Source: Archangiaceae bacterium
GTDB lineage: Bacteria > Myxococcota > Myxococcia > Myxococcales > Myxococcaceae
DNA length: 57,044 bases
Reading direction: 5' to 3'
Assembly (NCBI GenBank): GCA_043750125.1
Contig: JAYVCD010000415.1
Coordinates: 1 to 57,044, forward strand
The position numbers and the translations under genes were made by a program. Positions within the stretch are counted from its first letter, which is position 1; each line of letters starts with the position of its first letter. Below, piece after piece: positions 55,616 to 57,044 of the stretch. The notes under the pieces are model-generated. The model searched no databases, had not been told where the DNA came from, and was given only the letters and a program-made list of their open reading frames with translations.

Positions 55616-56611
55616 TCAGAGGTCCCCGACCGACGACAAGCTCTCGCCCACCAGCGGCACCGCGACCCCTTCGACCACCTGCTCGAGGTCGCCCCACCGG
55701 CCGCCGGCGAACCGCATCGTTCGCAGCTCATGACCGCGACTCAAGGTGACCTCAGATTCGAGAATGGCTGCGCCGGCACCTGGTGGGTGGGTGGTGACCG
55801 CAAGGACGGTCCAAACCCGCTCGGCCGCAGGCGCCGCGGCGAACACCGGGCCGACGAAGATCAGCGCGCCCACCGCCGCTGCCAGGGCCACGAACATCCG
55901 TCGGCGGCGCGCCCCGATTCCCAGCAGCAAGGCGGCGAGGGCAAAGGGGGCCGAGCCGGTGGTGCTGCACCCACGGGTCGGCTCTTCAGACACCGGGGCC
56001 GTCTGACCGTAGAGAAAGCGAAGCCCGTCGAGGTCGTCGGCCGCGAGCGCCCGCTTGCCGATTTCGCCCGGGAAGCTGCTGGGGAACATCACCGTCTTCG
56101 GAAGATTGTTGTGGGCCAGGCCCAGCGCGTGCCCCAGCTCGTGCGTCATCGCGTTCTGCACGTCGTAGCGCTCACTGCCCGCATCGCCGGCCACCACCGC
56201 GAAGTCGGTGTGCTTCACGTTGAAGGCGATGTCGGCCTCGATGATCTGGTGGGTCGAGCGCGACAAGGTGATGACCGTCGTGGCCACTGCGTCGACGTTC
56301 CACTTCCACTCTTCGGGAGCGCTCACATCGCTGGTGCTCGCTTCCGGGTGCTCGAAGTCGTACCCCATTCCCTGCGGCTTGCCGGCTTCCGCCGAGAGGT
56401 GGAGCGTGGGGAACGCGGTGTTGACCGTCTCGAGCGCCGCCCGCACCGCTTCCGCGGATCCTTTCGCCTGAAGCCGGGTCGCCAGGTGCTCGTCGACGAT
56501 GAAGTGAAGCGGGGTCTTCCACGCCGCGGGCTCACCGGCCGAGTCGCGCTTGAGCTCGAACGCGGACGAGGCAGAGGCAGTGACCAGCACAGCGGCGAGC
56601 ACCAGGCGCAT
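55616..56611 (-). CDS. Matrixin (M10-like) metalloprotease with internal MYXO-CTERM-like segment and extra C-terminal domain
   Basis: Signal peptide; EADIAFN, HELGHALGLAH, Met-turn TVMFP, GLRFLY; GCSTTGSAPFALAALLLGIGARRRR lies mid-protein. Confidence 0.85.
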   Translation of the reverse strand: MRLVLAAVLVTASASSAFELKRDSAGEPAAWKTPLHFIVDEHLATRLQAKGSAEAVRAALETVNTAFPTLHLSAEAGKPQGMGYDFEHPEASTSDVSAPEEWKWNVDAVATTVITLSRSTHQIIEADIAFNVKHTDFAVVAGDAGSERYDVQNAMTHELGHALGLAHNNLPKTVMFPSSFPGEIGKRALAADDLDGLRFLYGQTAPVSEEPTRGCSTTGSAPFALAALLLGIGARRRRMFVALAAAVGALIFVGPVFAAAPAAERVWTVLAVTTHPPGAGAAILESEVTLSRGHELRTMRFAGGRWGDLEQVVEGVAVPLVGESLSSVGDL

Positions 56612-56623
56612 GAGCTGACCCAG

Positions 56624-56639
56624 AGCAAGCTGCGTTCCG
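56624..56639 (-). promoter_or_regulatory. Candidate sigma54 promoter for the matrixin gene
   Basis: Minus strand CGGAACGCAGCTTGCT (GG-N10-GC, TTGCT), ending 12 nt before the ATG. Confidence 0.6.
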
Positions 56640-56753
56640 TCCTGCGCAGCGAGCCAAGCGGTTGATCCTCCGGTGACCGATGGAGGTCACGGCCCGCGCA
56701 CCGAGTCAGCCCACACTCGGCAACGGGGTGAGCGCTCGTGGTAGGGGAGACCG

Positions 56754-57044
56754 ATGGTCAGGCCGCCGAATGTGAAAGCGCTCGTCGAGCGGAACCCGAA
56801 CCAGGCGTTTGCGACGCTGGCCCCGAAGCTGTCGAAGGCCGCGCGGACTGAGAACCCCGCGGTGGCTGAAGAGATTGTCGCCGCCCTCGCACGCCATGGG
56901 GACACCCTCCCCGCCGCCTGGCGCAAGTTGCTGGTCGAGATGGCAGACGAGAAGCCCCTGGCCTTGAGCGCTGCGGTCGGCCTGGCTCAAGTCAAGCCCC
57001 ACCCTTCGATGGTGCCCGCGATGATCCGGCGGGTCGCCGCCAAG
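56754..57044 (+). CDS. Hypothetical helical protein, truncated by the window edge
   Basis: GGGGAG RBS + ATG 56754 gives MVRPPNVKALVERNPNQAF..., open to the end of the window. Confidence 0.6.
   Translation, partial: MVRPPNVKALVERNPNQAFATLAPKLSKAARTENPAVAEEIVAALARHGDTLPAAWRKLLVEMADEKPLALSAAVGLAQVKPHPSMVPAMIRRVAAK

Noticed and set aside
56687-57002. Minus-strand ORFs at the window end
   Set aside because: A plus-strand frame from ATG 56754 with an RBS is more protein-like.
1-57044. tRNA, rRNA, integrase or transposase genes
   Set aside because: None recognisable by eye; tRNA-Sec and sel genes are not in this window.

Overview
High-GC bacterial DNA with a Myxococcota gene repertoire: MYXO-CTERM-like tails, DAG-repeat and Cys-rich lipoproteins, a DUF1592/DUF1552 pair, and a 3186-aa TPR protein. 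The window is rich in isoprenoid and membrane-lipid genes: a squalene synthase-like gene and squalene epoxidase (divergent pair), an oxidosqualene cyclase with cycloartenol-type signature residues, an MMPL/RND transporter, a coupled crtU-like/crtY pair, a geranylgeranyl-reductase-family enzyme and a PAQR protein. Housekeeping genes include queC, ung and glnS. The most striking hidden feature is at 44579-45958 (-). The ORF track truncates this gene, but reading upstream gives a signal peptide followed by two in-frame TGA codons arranged as U-A-G-U (CxxC-type spacing), then a bacterial SECIS-like hairpin. It is therefore a candidate double-selenocysteine, His-rich outer-membrane barrel fused to a thioredoxin domain. 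It borders a 1.8-kb cluster of internally deleted gene remnants that includes a multicopper oxidase. All family assignments come from motif recognition by eye; no searches were run.
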